Source: Deltaproteobacteria bacterium (GTDB lineage Bacteria; Myxococcota_A; UBA9160; UBA6930). From it: DNA of 64,000 nucleotides. Positions 22,777 to 32,177 of this stretch are shown here, one piece after another; positions within the stretch are counted from its first letter, which is position 1; the number at the start of each line of letters is the position of its first letter. The notes beneath the pieces were generated by a model. That model had not been told where the DNA came from. It saw only the letters and a program-made list of their open reading frames with translations, and did not search any database. The position numbers were made by a program, and so were the translations under genes. The stretch covers positions 89,227-153,226 of the forward strand of contig JAPPPQ010000015.1 in the NCBI GenBank assembly GCA_028817435.1, read 5' to 3'.

Positions 22777-23130
22777 TTGCTCGCCGAGTTCATCGGCGTC
22801 CTGTTGATCCTCGGGCTCGCGCTGGTCGTGGCGGGCCTGATGGCATTGGCCCCAAAGCTGTTGGGGCCCAGGCGCGAATTCGCAGAGAAGCAGGAGCCCT
22901 TCGAGTGTGGGGAGCGGCAGATTGTCTCTCCCCACCAGCGCTTCTCCGTCAAGTTCTATCTGGTGGCCATGCTCTTTGTGCTCTTCGATCTGGAGGCGGT
23001 GTTCTTCTACCCCTGGGGCGCCCTGTTCCGGGAGCTTGGCTGGTTCGGCTTCGCCGCCATGGGCGTTTTCACCGTGCCGCTGGTGGTGGGCCTGCTCTAC
23101 GAGTGGCGCAAGGGCGCGCTGGAATGGTGA
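22777..23130 (+). CDS. nuoA: NADH-quinone oxidoreductase subunit A
   Basis: PFECGE...RFSVKFYLVAMLFVLFDLEAVFFYPW. GGGAG then TTG 22777; the track ATG at 22732 is the alternative. Confidence 0.85.
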   Translation: MLAEFIGVLLILGLALVVAGLMALAPKLLGPRREFAEKQEPFECGERQIVSPHQRFSVKFYLVAMLFVLFDLEAVFFYPWGALFRELGWFGFAAMGVFTVPLVVGLLYEWRKGALEW

Positions 23131-23630
23131 AGGCGGTGAAGCCGAAGAAGGCGGCGAAGTCCGGCGCTATTTCCGGCGCCACGCGCAAGCGCATCGCCGA
23201 AGAGATGCAGAAGTTTCCGCAGAAGCGCGGCGCGCTGCTCGAGGCCCTGCATTTGGTGCAGGAAGAGCTCGGCTGCATTGCGCCGGAAACCGCCCGCGAG
23301 CTGGCGGAGATTTTCGAAATGCGCGCGGTCGAGGTAATGGAGGTGGTCTCTTTCTACAATATGTTTCACGCCGCGCCGCAGGGCCGCCACCATGTGCATG
23401 TGTGCACCAACCTGCCCTGTTCGCTGCGGGGCGGGCGCTCGCTGCTGCGCCGTTTGGAAGAGCATCTCGGCATTCGCGCCGGCGAAACCACGCCCGACGG
23501 CCGCATCACCCTGGGCCGGGAGGAATGCCTGGGCGCATGCGCCTACGCGCCCATGCTGCGCATTGGCGATACCTACCACGAAAACCTGGGCGTCGAGCTC
23601 GCCAAGAAGCTGCTCGACTCTCTCGAGTGA
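23124..23630 (+). CDS. nuoE: NADH-quinone oxidoreductase subunit E (24 kDa, 2Fe-2S)
   Basis: HVCTNLPCSLRG...CLGACAYAPM cluster ligands. ATG 23124 overlaps the nuoA stop (ATGGTGA). Confidence 0.9.
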   Translation: MVKAVKPKKAAKSGAISGATRKRIAEEMQKFPQKRGALLEALHLVQEELGCIAPETARELAEIFEMRAVEVMEVVSFYNMFHAAPQGRHHVHVCTNLPCSLRGGRSLLRRLEEHLGIRAGETTPDGRITLGREECLGACAYAPMLRIGDTYHENLGVELAKKLLDSLE

Positions 23631-23633
23631 TCC

Positions 23634-24932
23634 ATGGGCCTCAAAGTCCCCCACACCACGAACTATCTCACCGAGCACTTCGGCGACGACGGCTTTGTCT
23701 CGCTCAAGGGCTACGAAGCGCAGGGCGGCTACGAGGCGGCGCGCAAGGCCCTCACCCGCATGCAGCCGGAGAAGCTGATTGAGTTGGTGAAGGATTCCGG
23801 GCTGCAGGGCCGGGGCGGCGCGGGCTTTCCGACGGGGCTCAAGTGGTCTTTCATGCCGAAGGACGAGGACCGGCCGCGCTTTCTGGTGTGCAACGCCGAT
23901 GAGTCCGAACCCGGCTCCTTCAAGGACCGCATTTTGCTCGAGCGCGGGCCGCACCAATTGATCGAGGGCATTTTGATCGCCGCATGGGCGGTGGGGGCGG
24001 AGAAGACCTTTCTCTACATCCGCGGAGAATACAGCGAGCCGGCGCGGGTTATGCAGCAGGCCATCGCCGAGGCCGGCGAGAGCGGCTACCTGGGGCAGGG
24101 CGCCATGGGCACGAACTTTTCGCACGAGGTGGTGCTGGTGCGCGGTGGCGGCGCTTACATTTGCGGCGAAGAGACCGGGCTGCTGGAATCGCTGGAGGGC
24201 AAAAAGGGGCAGCCGCGCAAGAAGCCGCCCTATCCGGCGGAGTTCGGCGCCTTTGGCATGCCCACCACGGTGAACAATGTGGAGACTTTTTGCCATGTGC
24301 CGCACATCGTGCGCCGGGGCGCGGAGTGGTTTCGCGGCATCGGCACCGAGAAGAGCCCGGGCACGACGATCTTCGGCGTCTCCGGCCATGTGGTGCGGCC
24401 GGGACTCTACGAGCTGCCGCTGGGCACGAGCCTGGAGCAGATTGTCTTCGGCCACGCGGGCGGCGTGCCCGGCGGCCGCGAGATCAAGGGCGTGATTCCG
24501 GGCGGCATGTCCATGCCCATTTTGCCCGCCGCAGAGCTCGATGTGCCCATGGCCAACGAGTCTTTGCGCGAGCGGCAGACCATGCTCGGCACCGGCGGCA
24601 TTATGGTGATGGATGACACCACCTGCATGGTGCGCGTGGGCTGCGTAATCGCGCACTTCTTCCGCGACGAGAGCTGCGGTCAGTGCACCCAGTGCCGCGA
24701 GGGCACGGGCTGGATGGAGAAGATTCTGAACCGCATTGAGCGCGGCGCGGGCGAAGAGGGCGACCTTGAGATTCTGCTCGATGTCTCGGCCAAGATGGAG
24801 GGCGCGACCATCTGCGCCTTTGCCGACGCCGCGGCCTGGCCCATCCAGGGGTTGCTGCGCCACTTCCGCGACGATTTCGAAATGCACCTGCGGCACCATC
24901 GCTGCCCCTTTCACGAGGGCTTCCGGCTGTGA
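23634..24932 (+). CDS. nuoF: NADH-quinone oxidoreductase subunit F (51 kDa, FMN/NADH site)
   Basis: GRGGAGFPTGLKWSF, ICGEETGLLESLEG, ESCGQCTQCREG. Confidence 0.95.
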   Translation: MGLKVPHTTNYLTEHFGDDGFVSLKGYEAQGGYEAARKALTRMQPEKLIELVKDSGLQGRGGAGFPTGLKWSFMPKDEDRPRFLVCNADESEPGSFKDRILLERGPHQLIEGILIAAWAVGAEKTFLYIRGEYSEPARVMQQAIAEAGESGYLGQGAMGTNFSHEVVLVRGGGAYICGEETGLLESLEGKKGQPRKKPPYPAEFGAFGMPTTVNNVETFCHVPHIVRRGAEWFRGIGTEKSPGTTIFGVSGHVVRPGLYELPLGTSLEQIVFGHAGGVPGGREIKGVIPGGMSMPILPAAELDVPMANESLRERQTMLGTGGIMVMDDTTCMVRVGCVIAHFFRDESCGQCTQCREGTGWMEKILNRIERGAGEEGDLEILLDVSAKMEGATICAFADAAAWPIQGLLRHFRDDFEMHLRHHRCPFHEGFRL

Positions 24933-26536
24933 CCGTGCGCATCACCGTAGACGGCGCAGCCTACGAGGTGGAAGAGGGCCGCACGCTGCTGCAGGCGCTC
25001 GACGATCTCGGCGTGTTGATGAACGGCGTGGAGGTGCCGCACTACTGCTGGCACCCGAAGCTCAGCATTGACGGCAGTTGCCGGCTCTGCCAGGTGGAGG
25101 TGGAGGGCGTCCCCAAGCTGCAGATCGCCTGCGACACGCGCGTGACCGACGGCATGGTGGTGCACACGAAGAGCGAGCGCGTGCGCAAGGCGCGCGAGGG
25201 CGTGATGGAGTTGCTGCTGGTCAATCACCCCCTTGATTGCCCCATTTGCGACCAGGCCGGCGAATGCAAGCTGCAGGATTACGCCTTTGAATACGGCGTG
25301 CAGCATTCGCGCAGCCGCGAGCCGCGCCGCGCGCTGGAAAAGCGCGTGGAGCTGGGGCCCACCATCGTCCTCGATCAGGAGCGCTGCATTTTGTGCCGCC
25401 GCTGCGTGCGTTTCTGCCGCGAGGTGCCGGGCACCGGCGAGCTGGTTGTGGAGAACCGCGGCGACCGCTCGGTAATCGCGGCCTTCCCCGGCGCGCCCCT
25501 CGACAACGACTACTCGATGAATGTGGCCGACATCTGCCCCGTCGGCGCGCTCACCACCAAAGACTTTCGCTTCAAAATGCGCGTCTGGTTTCTGGACGAA
25601 TTGCCGGGGGTGTGCACCGGCTGCTCGGCGGGCTGCAACATTCACGCGGGCGTGGCCAACAACCGGGTGTATCGCTATGTGCCGCGGCGCAACGACGCGG
25701 TGAACGAGACCTGGATCTGCGACGCCGGGCGTATGTCCTACCGCGAAATCGGTTCGGCGAGCCGCATCCACCATCCGCAAGTGCGCGGCGCAGACGGCCG
25801 CCTGACGGCGGCGGGGCTGGGCGACGCGCTGGCCGTAGCCGCCGCGCGGTTGCGCGCCGCCATTGAGGGCGGCGGCGCAGAGGCCGTCGCCGTGCTGGCC
25901 TCGCCCCACGCCACCAACGAAGATCTCCTCGCGCTGCGCCGCTTCCTCGCGGCGCTGGGCGCGCCGCCGGAATCCGCGGGAGTGGCGGTGCCCACCGGCG
26001 CATCCGACGATCTGCTGTTGCGGGAGGAGAAGGCGGCGAACGCCTTTGGCGCGCGGGCGCTGGGCTTCGGCGGGGCCGACGCCGTCATTGAGCGCGTCCG
26101 CTCCGGCGCGGCGCGCGTGTTGCTGGCGCTGGGCCACGACATTCTCGCGCCTGCGCATTTGCGCGGCGATGTTTCGGCGCTGGCGCTGCTCGACGGCGTG
26201 ATTTTGCTGGATACGCACCGCTCGGCGCTGGAGCGCATCGCCCATGTGGTGTTTCCCGCGCGCCACGCGCTGGAAAAGCTCGGCACCCTCACCAACGCCG
26301 CCGGCCGCGTGCAGCGCGTGCAGCCGGTGGTGGAGCCGGCCTTCGCCGCCTGGTCCGAGGGCGAAATTTTGCTGCGGCTCGGCGAGGCGCTGGCTCTGCC
26401 GGGCTTCGAGGAGCCGGCCGCCTGGGATCCGCACGCCGTCTCAAAGTCGCTCGGCGAAGAGCTGCCGGCCTTTGCGGGCATTGATGTGGACTCCGTCGGC
26501 CACGAGGGCCTGCCGCTGCGGGGAGAATCCGCGTGA
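24929..26536 (+). CDS. nuoG: NADH-quinone oxidoreductase subunit G (short form, 535 aa)
   Basis: N-terminal 2Fe-2S (CRLCQVE), HPLDCPICDQAGECKLQ, CILCRRCVRFC. GTGA overlap with nuoF. Confidence 0.85.
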   Translation: MTVRITVDGAAYEVEEGRTLLQALDDLGVLMNGVEVPHYCWHPKLSIDGSCRLCQVEVEGVPKLQIACDTRVTDGMVVHTKSERVRKAREGVMELLLVNHPLDCPICDQAGECKLQDYAFEYGVQHSRSREPRRALEKRVELGPTIVLDQERCILCRRCVRFCREVPGTGELVVENRGDRSVIAAFPGAPLDNDYSMNVADICPVGALTTKDFRFKMRVWFLDELPGVCTGCSAGCNIHAGVANNRVYRYVPRRNDAVNETWICDAGRMSYREIGSASRIHHPQVRGADGRLTAAGLGDALAVAAARLRAAIEGGGAEAVAVLASPHATNEDLLALRRFLAALGAPPESAGVAVPTGASDDLLLREEKAANAFGARALGFGGADAVIERVRSGAARVLLALGHDILAPAHLRGDVSALALLDGVILLDTHRSALERIAHVVFPARHALEKLGTLTNAAGRVQRVQPVVEPAFAAWSEGEILLRLGEALALPGFEEPAAWDPHAVSKSLGEELPAFAGIDVDSVGHEGLPLRGESA

Positions 26537-27684
26537 TTGTCGGCGTCGCCATCAAGATGCTGTTCATCGTGCTGGTGATCATGGGGCTGTTCCTGCCGCT
26601 GATCACCTGGGTGGAGCGCAAGCAGGCCGCGGTAATGCAGGACCGCATCGGCGCCAACCGCGCAGATTTGCTGGGCGTGACGGCAATGGGCCTGCTGCAC
26701 CCCGCCGCCGATGTGGTGAAGCTACTCTCGAAAGAGGACATGGTGCCGAGCGGCGCCAACCGCTTCATTCACCAGATTGCGCCGATGGTGGCGCTGGTGC
26801 CCGCCATCATCACCCTGGCGGTGATTCCCTTCGGCGGCGTGTATCAATTCGGCGATGCGACGGTGAGCCTGGTGGTCGCCGATATTGACTGGGGGATGCT
26901 CTACATTCTGGCCGTCGGCTCCCTCGCCACCTACGGCGCGGTAATGGCGGGCTGGGCGAGCAACAACAACTGGGGCCTGCTCGGAAGCATACGGGCCTCG
27001 GCGCAGATGATTTCCTACGAGGTGACGATGGGACTCTCCATCGTCGGCCTGTTCATGTGCTACGGGACGCTGCGGCTCACCGAAATGGCCGTGGCGCAGG
27101 ACTCGACCTTCCGCGTCTTCGGCTTTCTCGAGCACATCTTCGGCCTCTCGGGTCCGTGGTTCGCTTGGCTTGATTGGATCACGCTTCCGGCCTGGGGAAT
27201 TTTTCTGCAGCCGCTGGGCTTCATTTTGTTTCTCACCTGCATTATGGCCGAGAACAAGAGGCCGCCCTTCGACGCGCCGGAGGGCGAGAGCGAACTGGTG
27301 GCCGGCTACCACATGGAATATTCGGCCATGCGCTTCGGGCTGTTCTACACCGCCGAATTTCTCGAGGTGCCGGTAATTGGCGCCATTGTCGCGACGCTGT
27401 TTCTGGGCGGCTGGTCCATTCCCTGGCTCTCCACCGCCGACATCGTGGGCGCGGTGGGCGGCGCGTTCGGGCAGGGCTTCGCCTCGGGGCTGTGCATGAT
27501 CTTGCATGTGGGCTCGTTCCTGCTCAAAGTGGTGCTCATGATCTGGTTTCAGATGGCGCTGCGCTGGACGCTGCCGCGCTTCCGCTATGACCAGGTGATG
27601 GATCTCTGCTGGAAGATGATCCTGCCCATCTCCATCGCCAACATTTTCATCACCGGCGCGCTGGTGCTGTGGCTGGACGGCTGA
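26533..27684 (+). CDS. nuoH: NADH-quinone oxidoreductase subunit H
   Basis: [48 protein letters not shown] overlap with nuoG. Confidence 0.95.
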   Translation: MIVGVAIKMLFIVLVIMGLFLPLITWVERKQAAVMQDRIGANRADLLGVTAMGLLHPAADVVKLLSKEDMVPSGANRFIHQIAPMVALVPAIITLAVIPFGGVYQFGDATVSLVVADIDWGMLYILAVGSLATYGAVMAGWASNNNWGLLGSIRASAQMISYEVTMGLSIVGLFMCYGTLRLTEMAVAQDSTFRVFGFLEHIFGLSGPWFAWLDWITLPAWGIFLQPLGFILFLTCIMAENKRPPFDAPEGESELVAGYHMEYSAMRFGLFYTAEFLEVPVIGAIVATLFLGGWSIPWLSTADIVGAVGGAFGQGFASGLCMILHVGSFLLKVVLMIWFQMALRWTLPRFRYDQVMDLCWKMILPISIANIFITGALVLWLDG

Positions 27685-28187
27685 TGATGGACGGCGCGCT
27701 GTTCTTCTACATCTTCGCCGCGCTGGCCGTCGCCGGGGCGCTCGGCATGGTGCTGAATTTCCGCAACGCGGTGGCTGGCGCGCTTTCGCTGGTGGGCACG
27801 ATGGTGTCGCTGGGTGCCATCTATGTGTTGCTCGACGCCTATTTGATCGGCGTGCTGCAGGTGCTGGTCTATGCCGGCGCCATTGTGGTGCTGTTCCTGT
27901 TCGTCGTAATGCTGTTGAATCTGCGCCGCGAATCTTTCAGCGCCGAGCGGCAGCGCGCGGTCAAGCTGGCCGCCGCCGGGCTGGGCGTGCTGGTGCTGCT
28001 GGCCTTTCTGTCGCTGCTGCCCGGCGCCTTCCGCGAAGCGGCGGCGCTGCCCGAGGGCTTCGGCGGCTACCGGCAGGTGGGCATGGCGCTGTTCACCGAT
28101 TGGCTGCTGGCTTTCGAGGCCACTTCGCTGCTGCTGCTGGCCGCGATGGTGGGCGCCGTCATTCTGGCGAAGAGGGACATCGAATGA
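27684..28187 (+). CDS. nuoJ: NADH-quinone oxidoreductase subunit J
   Basis: ND6-like TM pattern ([22 protein letters not shown]). ATG 27684 shares one nt with the nuoH TGA, so no nuoI lies between them. Confidence 0.85.
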   Translation: MMDGALFFYIFAALAVAGALGMVLNFRNAVAGALSLVGTMVSLGAIYVLLDAYLIGVLQVLVYAGAIVVLFLFVVMLLNLRRESFSAERQRAVKLAAAGLGVLVLLAFLSLLPGAFREAAALPEGFGGYRQVGMALFTDWLLAFEATSLLLLAAMVGAVILAKRDIE

Positions 28188-28489
28188 TCGTCCCCATCGA
28201 ACACGCCATCGCGCTCTCGGCCGTCCTCTTCGCCATCGGCGCCATTGGCGCGCTCACGCGCCGCAACCTGATCGTCATTCTCATGTGCATCGAGCTGATG
28301 CTGAACGCGGTCAACCTGGCTCTGGTGGCCTTCTCGCGTTTGCACGCCGATCTCGCCGGCCACATTTTCGTGTTGATGGTGATCGTCGTGGCGGCGGCAG
28401 AGGTTGCGGTGGGGCTCGGCATCGTCATCTCGCTGTTCCGCAACCGCGATTCCATGGATGTCGAGGAAGTGAGCCTGCTCAAATGGTAG
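28184..28489 (+). CDS. nuoK: NADH-quinone oxidoreductase subunit K
   Basis: [13 protein letters not shown]...[15 protein letters not shown] overlap with nuoJ. Confidence 0.9.
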   Translation: MIVPIEHAIALSAVLFAIGAIGALTRRNLIVILMCIELMLNAVNLALVAFSRLHADLAGHIFVLMVIVVAAAEVAVGLGIVISLFRNRDSMDVEEVSLLKW

Positions 28490-28493
28490 GGCA

Positions 28494-30524
28494 ATGGTAG
28501 AGGCCACAGAAAACGCCTGGCTGCGCTGGATTCCGCTGCTGCCGCTGCTCGCGGCGGCGGTGCACGGAATCTCGCTGGGCTTGTTGCGGCGGCCGCTGCC
28601 GCGCCGCGCCACCATCGCGCTCTCCTGCGGCGCGCCCATCGCCTCCTTTGTGCTCTCCTTTGCGGCGCTGATCTCGCTGGTGCGCGCGCCGCTGGGCGAG
28701 CGGCTGTTCGTGGACCGCCTCTTCACCTGGATTGCAGCGGGCGAACTCGAAGCCGAAATGAGCCTCGCCCTGGATCCGCTCGCCGCGGTGATGATCCTCA
28801 TCGTGACCGGAGTCGGCTCGCTGATTCACATCTATTCCATTGGCTACATGGATTCCGACCACCGCGAAGACCGCGGCTTCCAGCGCTTCTTCTGCTATCT
28901 CAACCTGTTCACCTTCTCCATGCTGGTGCTGGTGCTCGGCGACAACCTCGTGCTGATGTTTCTGGGCTGGGAGGGCGTCGGCCTCTGCTCCTACCTGTTG
29001 ATCGGCTTCTGGTTCGCGGAAGATTGGAACGCCTACTGCGGCAGCAAGGCGTTCATCGTGAATCGCATCGGCGATTTCGGCTTCCTGCTCGGAATCTTTT
29101 TGCTGTTCTGGGCGCTGGCCGATGCCGGGCAGGCGGCGATTTCCTTTCGCGGCATTGAGGCGGCCTTCCCGGCCATTGCGGAGCAGACGCTGACGCTGCC
29201 GCAGTGGCTCTGGTGGCTGCCGGGATTTCCCGAATGGAAGCTGGCGACGCTGATCGGCGTGTGCTTCTTCCTCGGCGCAGCCGGGAAATCCGCGCAGTTG
29301 CCGCTCTACACCTGGCTGCCCGATGCAATGGCGGGTCCCACGCCGGTCTCGGCGCTGATCCACGCCGCCACCATGGTGACCGCCGGCGTTTATATGGTGT
29401 GCCGGTTGTCGTTTCTCTACGCGGCGGCGCCGGGCGCTTCAGCGCTGATCGCCTGGACCGGCGCAATCACCGCCATCTTCGCGGCGGCCATTGCCATTGC
29501 CCAGACCGACATCAAGAAAATTCTCGCCTATTCGACGGTGAGCCAGCTCGGTTATATGTTCATGGCGGCGGGTTGCGGCGCGTTCGGCGCGTCCATGTGG
29601 CATGTGGCCACCCACGCCTGGTTCAAGGCGCTGCTCTTTCTCGGCGCGGGCGCGGTGATTCTCGCGCTGCATCACGAGCAGGACACCGACGATATGGGCG
29701 GGCTCTGGAAGCTGTTGCCCCGCACCCGCTGGGTGTTTCTCTGCGGCGTGCTCGCCATTGCCGGCGCGCCCTACACCTCGGGCTTTTTCTCGAAGGATGA
29801 GATTTTGCTCTCGGCTTGGCTGGCCCACGAGCTGCCCGGCCACAACTGGCTCTACGCCATCGGCCTCGTCACCGCAGGCGCAACCGCCTTCTATATGTTC
29901 CGGCTCTTCTTCCGCGTCTTCATGGGCGAGCGCCGCACCCCCTCCGAAAAGCGCTGGCGCGTCCACGAGCCCGGCGATCTGGTCTTCATGCCGCTGGCGG
30001 TGCTGGCCGGTTTCTCCATCGGCGGCGGGTTGCTGATCGGCCCCAGCGATGCCTTCGTCGGCATTGCGGGCGCAAACAGCTTCGCCAACTTCATCGGCCC
30101 GGTGCTGGTGGAAACGCCCCACGCCGTGCGCCACAGCGAGGAGCGCTGGCTCGCCGTGCTGGCCACCCTGGTGGCGGGCGCGGGCGCTGCCGCCGCCTGG
30201 TTGCTCTATGTGAAGCGGCCCGGCTTCCCCGAGCGCATCCGCGCCGCGCTGGGACCGCTGCACCGCTGCTTCGAGCGCAAGTTCTATGTGGACGAGCTCT
30301 ACGACCGGCTCTTCGTCAGGCCCACGCTGGCGATATCCGATGCGCTGCTGTTTCGCGGGGTGGATGTCCGGCTGATTGACGGCGTGCTGGTGGGTGGGCC
30401 GGCCCGCGTGTTGCGCGCCTTTGCCGGCGGCGTGCTGCGCCGCCTGCAATCGGGGCTGGCGCAGGGTTACCTCTTTGCCATGCTGCTCGGCACGCTGGCC
30501 ATTGCCATTTGGCTGGTGGCGTAA
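28494..30524 (+). CDS. nuoL: NADH-quinone oxidoreductase subunit L
   Basis: 676-aa antiporter-like subunit (GWEGVGLCSYLLIGFW, GKSAQLPLYTWLPDAMAGPTPVSALIHAATMV). Confidence 0.95.
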   Translation: MVEATENAWLRWIPLLPLLAAAVHGISLGLLRRPLPRRATIALSCGAPIASFVLSFAALISLVRAPLGERLFVDRLFTWIAAGELEAEMSLALDPLAAVMILIVTGVGSLIHIYSIGYMDSDHREDRGFQRFFCYLNLFTFSMLVLVLGDNLVLMFLGWEGVGLCSYLLIGFWFAEDWNAYCGSKAFIVNRIGDFGFLLGIFLLFWALADAGQAAISFRGIEAAFPAIAEQTLTLPQWLWWLPGFPEWKLATLIGVCFFLGAAGKSAQLPLYTWLPDAMAGPTPVSALIHAATMVTAGVYMVCRLSFLYAAAPGASALIAWTGAITAIFAAAIAIAQTDIKKILAYSTVSQLGYMFMAAGCGAFGASMWHVATHAWFKALLFLGAGAVILALHHEQDTDDMGGLWKLLPRTRWVFLCGVLAIAGAPYTSGFFSKDEILLSAWLAHELPGHNWLYAIGLVTAGATAFYMFRLFFRVFMGERRTPSEKRWRVHEPGDLVFMPLAVLAGFSIGGGLLIGPSDAFVGIAGANSFANFIGPVLVETPHAVRHSEERWLAVLATLVAGAGAAAAWLLYVKRPGFPERIRAALGPLHRCFERKFYVDELYDRLFVRPTLAISDALLFRGVDVRLIDGVLVGGPARVLRAFAGGVLRRLQSGLAQGYLFAMLLGTLAIAIWLVA

Positions 30525-32177
30525 ATGGCGCAGTTCGACCAGCTTCTCACCTGGGTCACCTTCGTTCCGCTCTGCACCGGCGTGGCGCTGGTGCTGCTCA
30601 CGGGCATTGCGCGCGCGCTGGGCGGCGATTTGCAGAGCCAGGTGTGGCGCGGCATCGGCCTCGGCAGCGCGCTGTTCACCTTTCTGGTGTCGCTGCTGCT
30701 GTGGTTCTCCTTTCAGCCGGATTCCCCCGACGCCTTTCAGTTCGTCGAGTATGTCCCGTGGATTCCGCAGCTCGGCATTCACTACTTCGCCGGGGTGGAC
30801 GGCATCAGCCTGCTGCTGATTTTGCTCACCACCTTCATTATGCCGGTGGTGCTGGTGAGCTCGTGGAACGATGTGCAAAAGAGCCGGCGCAGCTACATCT
30901 TCTTCATGCTCTTTCTCGAAACCGGCATGATCGGCGCCTTCGCCGCGCTCAATCTGTTCCAGTTCTACCTGTTCTGGGAGGTCATGCTGATTCCGATGTA
31001 TTTCATCATCGGAGTCTGGGGCGGGCCGCGGCGCGTTTACGCCGCCATGAAGTTCTTTCTCTTCACCCTGCTCGGCTCGCTGCTCATGCTGGTGGCCATT
31101 TTGGTGGTCTATCACCTGCATTGGCAACAGACGGGCATTCTCACCCTCGACATCGTTTCGCTGCCGGGCACAAACGCGCCGTCGCTGCTGCAGACCATCA
31201 TCCCCGTCGGCAGCGTGCCGGGCCTGCCCTGGTGGCAGACGCAGTTCGTGCTCTTTCTGGCCTTTGCGCTGGCCTTTGGCATCAAAGTGCCGATGGTGCC
31301 GCTGCACACCTGGCTGCCCGACGCCCATGTGGAGGCGCCCACCGCCGGTTCGGTCATTCTGGCCGCGGTGCTGCTCAAGATGGGCGGCTACGGTTTTCTG
31401 CGCTTTGCGCTGCCGCTGTTTCCGGTGGCCGCCGCCGAGCTGGCGCCATGGGTCATGAGTCTGGCGCTGGCCGGCGTGCTTTACGGCGCGCTGGTGGCCA
31501 TGGTGCAGCGCGATGTCAAAAAGCTGGTGGCCTACTCGTCGGTGGCGCACCTGGGCTTCGTCATGCTCGGCATGTTCGCCCTGAACCCCGAGGGCATGGA
31601 AGGCAGCGTGCTGCAAATGATCAACCACGGCATCACCACCGGCGCGCTGTTTCTGCTGGTGGGAATGCTCTACGAGCGCCGCCACAGCCGGCAGATCGCA
31701 GATTTCGGCGGCCTTGCCGCGCCCATGCCCGTGTGCGCCGCCTTTTTCTGCATCACCACCATGGCGAGCATCGGCCTGCCGCTGCTGAACGGCTTTGTGG
31801 GCGAGTTTCTGATTCTGCTCGGCGCTTTCGAGCGCCACGCGGGGCTGGCTGCCGCCGCCACCTTCGGCGTGGTGCTGGCGGCGGTCTATATGCTCTGGAT
31901 GTTCCGGCGCGTCTTCTTCGGCCCCGCCGCCAGCCCCGAAAACCGCGCGCTGCCCGATCTCAATTGGCGCGAGCGCGGCGTGCTGCTGGCGATGGTAATT
32001 CCGATGTTCTGGATCGGCGTGTATCCCCGCCCGTTGCAAGATCGCATTGAGCCGCCCGTGGCCGCGCTGGTGGAGCGCGTTCAGAACAGCGCGCAGGCTG
32101 TGTCCGGCCCGGCCGCGCCGGGCGCTTCGCAACCCGCCGATGCCGCCGCGCGGGTGGCGCGGGAGGAAGCGCGGTGA
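30525..32177 (+). CDS. nuoM: NADH-quinone oxidoreductase subunit M
   Basis: Antiporter-like subunit (FGIKVPMVPLHTWLPDAHVEAPTAGSVILA). ATG follows the nuoL TAA directly. Confidence 0.95.
   Translation: MAQFDQLLTWVTFVPLCTGVALVLLTGIARALGGDLQSQVWRGIGLGSALFTFLVSLLLWFSFQPDSPDAFQFVEYVPWIPQLGIHYFAGVDGISLLLILLTTFIMPVVLVSSWNDVQKSRRSYIFFMLFLETGMIGAFAALNLFQFYLFWEVMLIPMYFIIGVWGGPRRVYAAMKFFLFTLLGSLLMLVAILVVYHLHWQQTGILTLDIVSLPGTNAPSLLQTIIPVGSVPGLPWWQTQFVLFLAFALAFGIKVPMVPLHTWLPDAHVEAPTAGSVILAAVLLKMGGYGFLRFALPLFPVAAAELAPWVMSLALAGVLYGALVAMVQRDVKKLVAYSSVAHLGFVMLGMFALNPEGMEGSVLQMINHGITTGALFLLVGMLYERRHSRQIADFGGLAAPMPVCAAFFCITTMASIGLPLLNGFVGEFLILLGAFERHAGLAAAATFGVVLAAVYMLWMFRRVFFGPAASPENRALPDLNWRERGVLLAMVIPMFWIGVYPRPLQDRIEPPVAALVERVQNSAQAVSGPAAPGASQPADAAARVAREEAR

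Noticed and set aside
29439-32132. 897-aa minus-strand ORF, with similar cases at 54473..56803, 18810..20969, 18905..20884, 24911..26434, 50903..52891, 16819..18261 and 12246..13934
   Set aside because: These lie antisense to nuoL/M, uvrA2, feoB, nuoG, the helicase, the metC-like gene plus methyltransferase, and the sigma54 activator respectively. All have Arg/Ala/Gly-rich compositions and no motifs.
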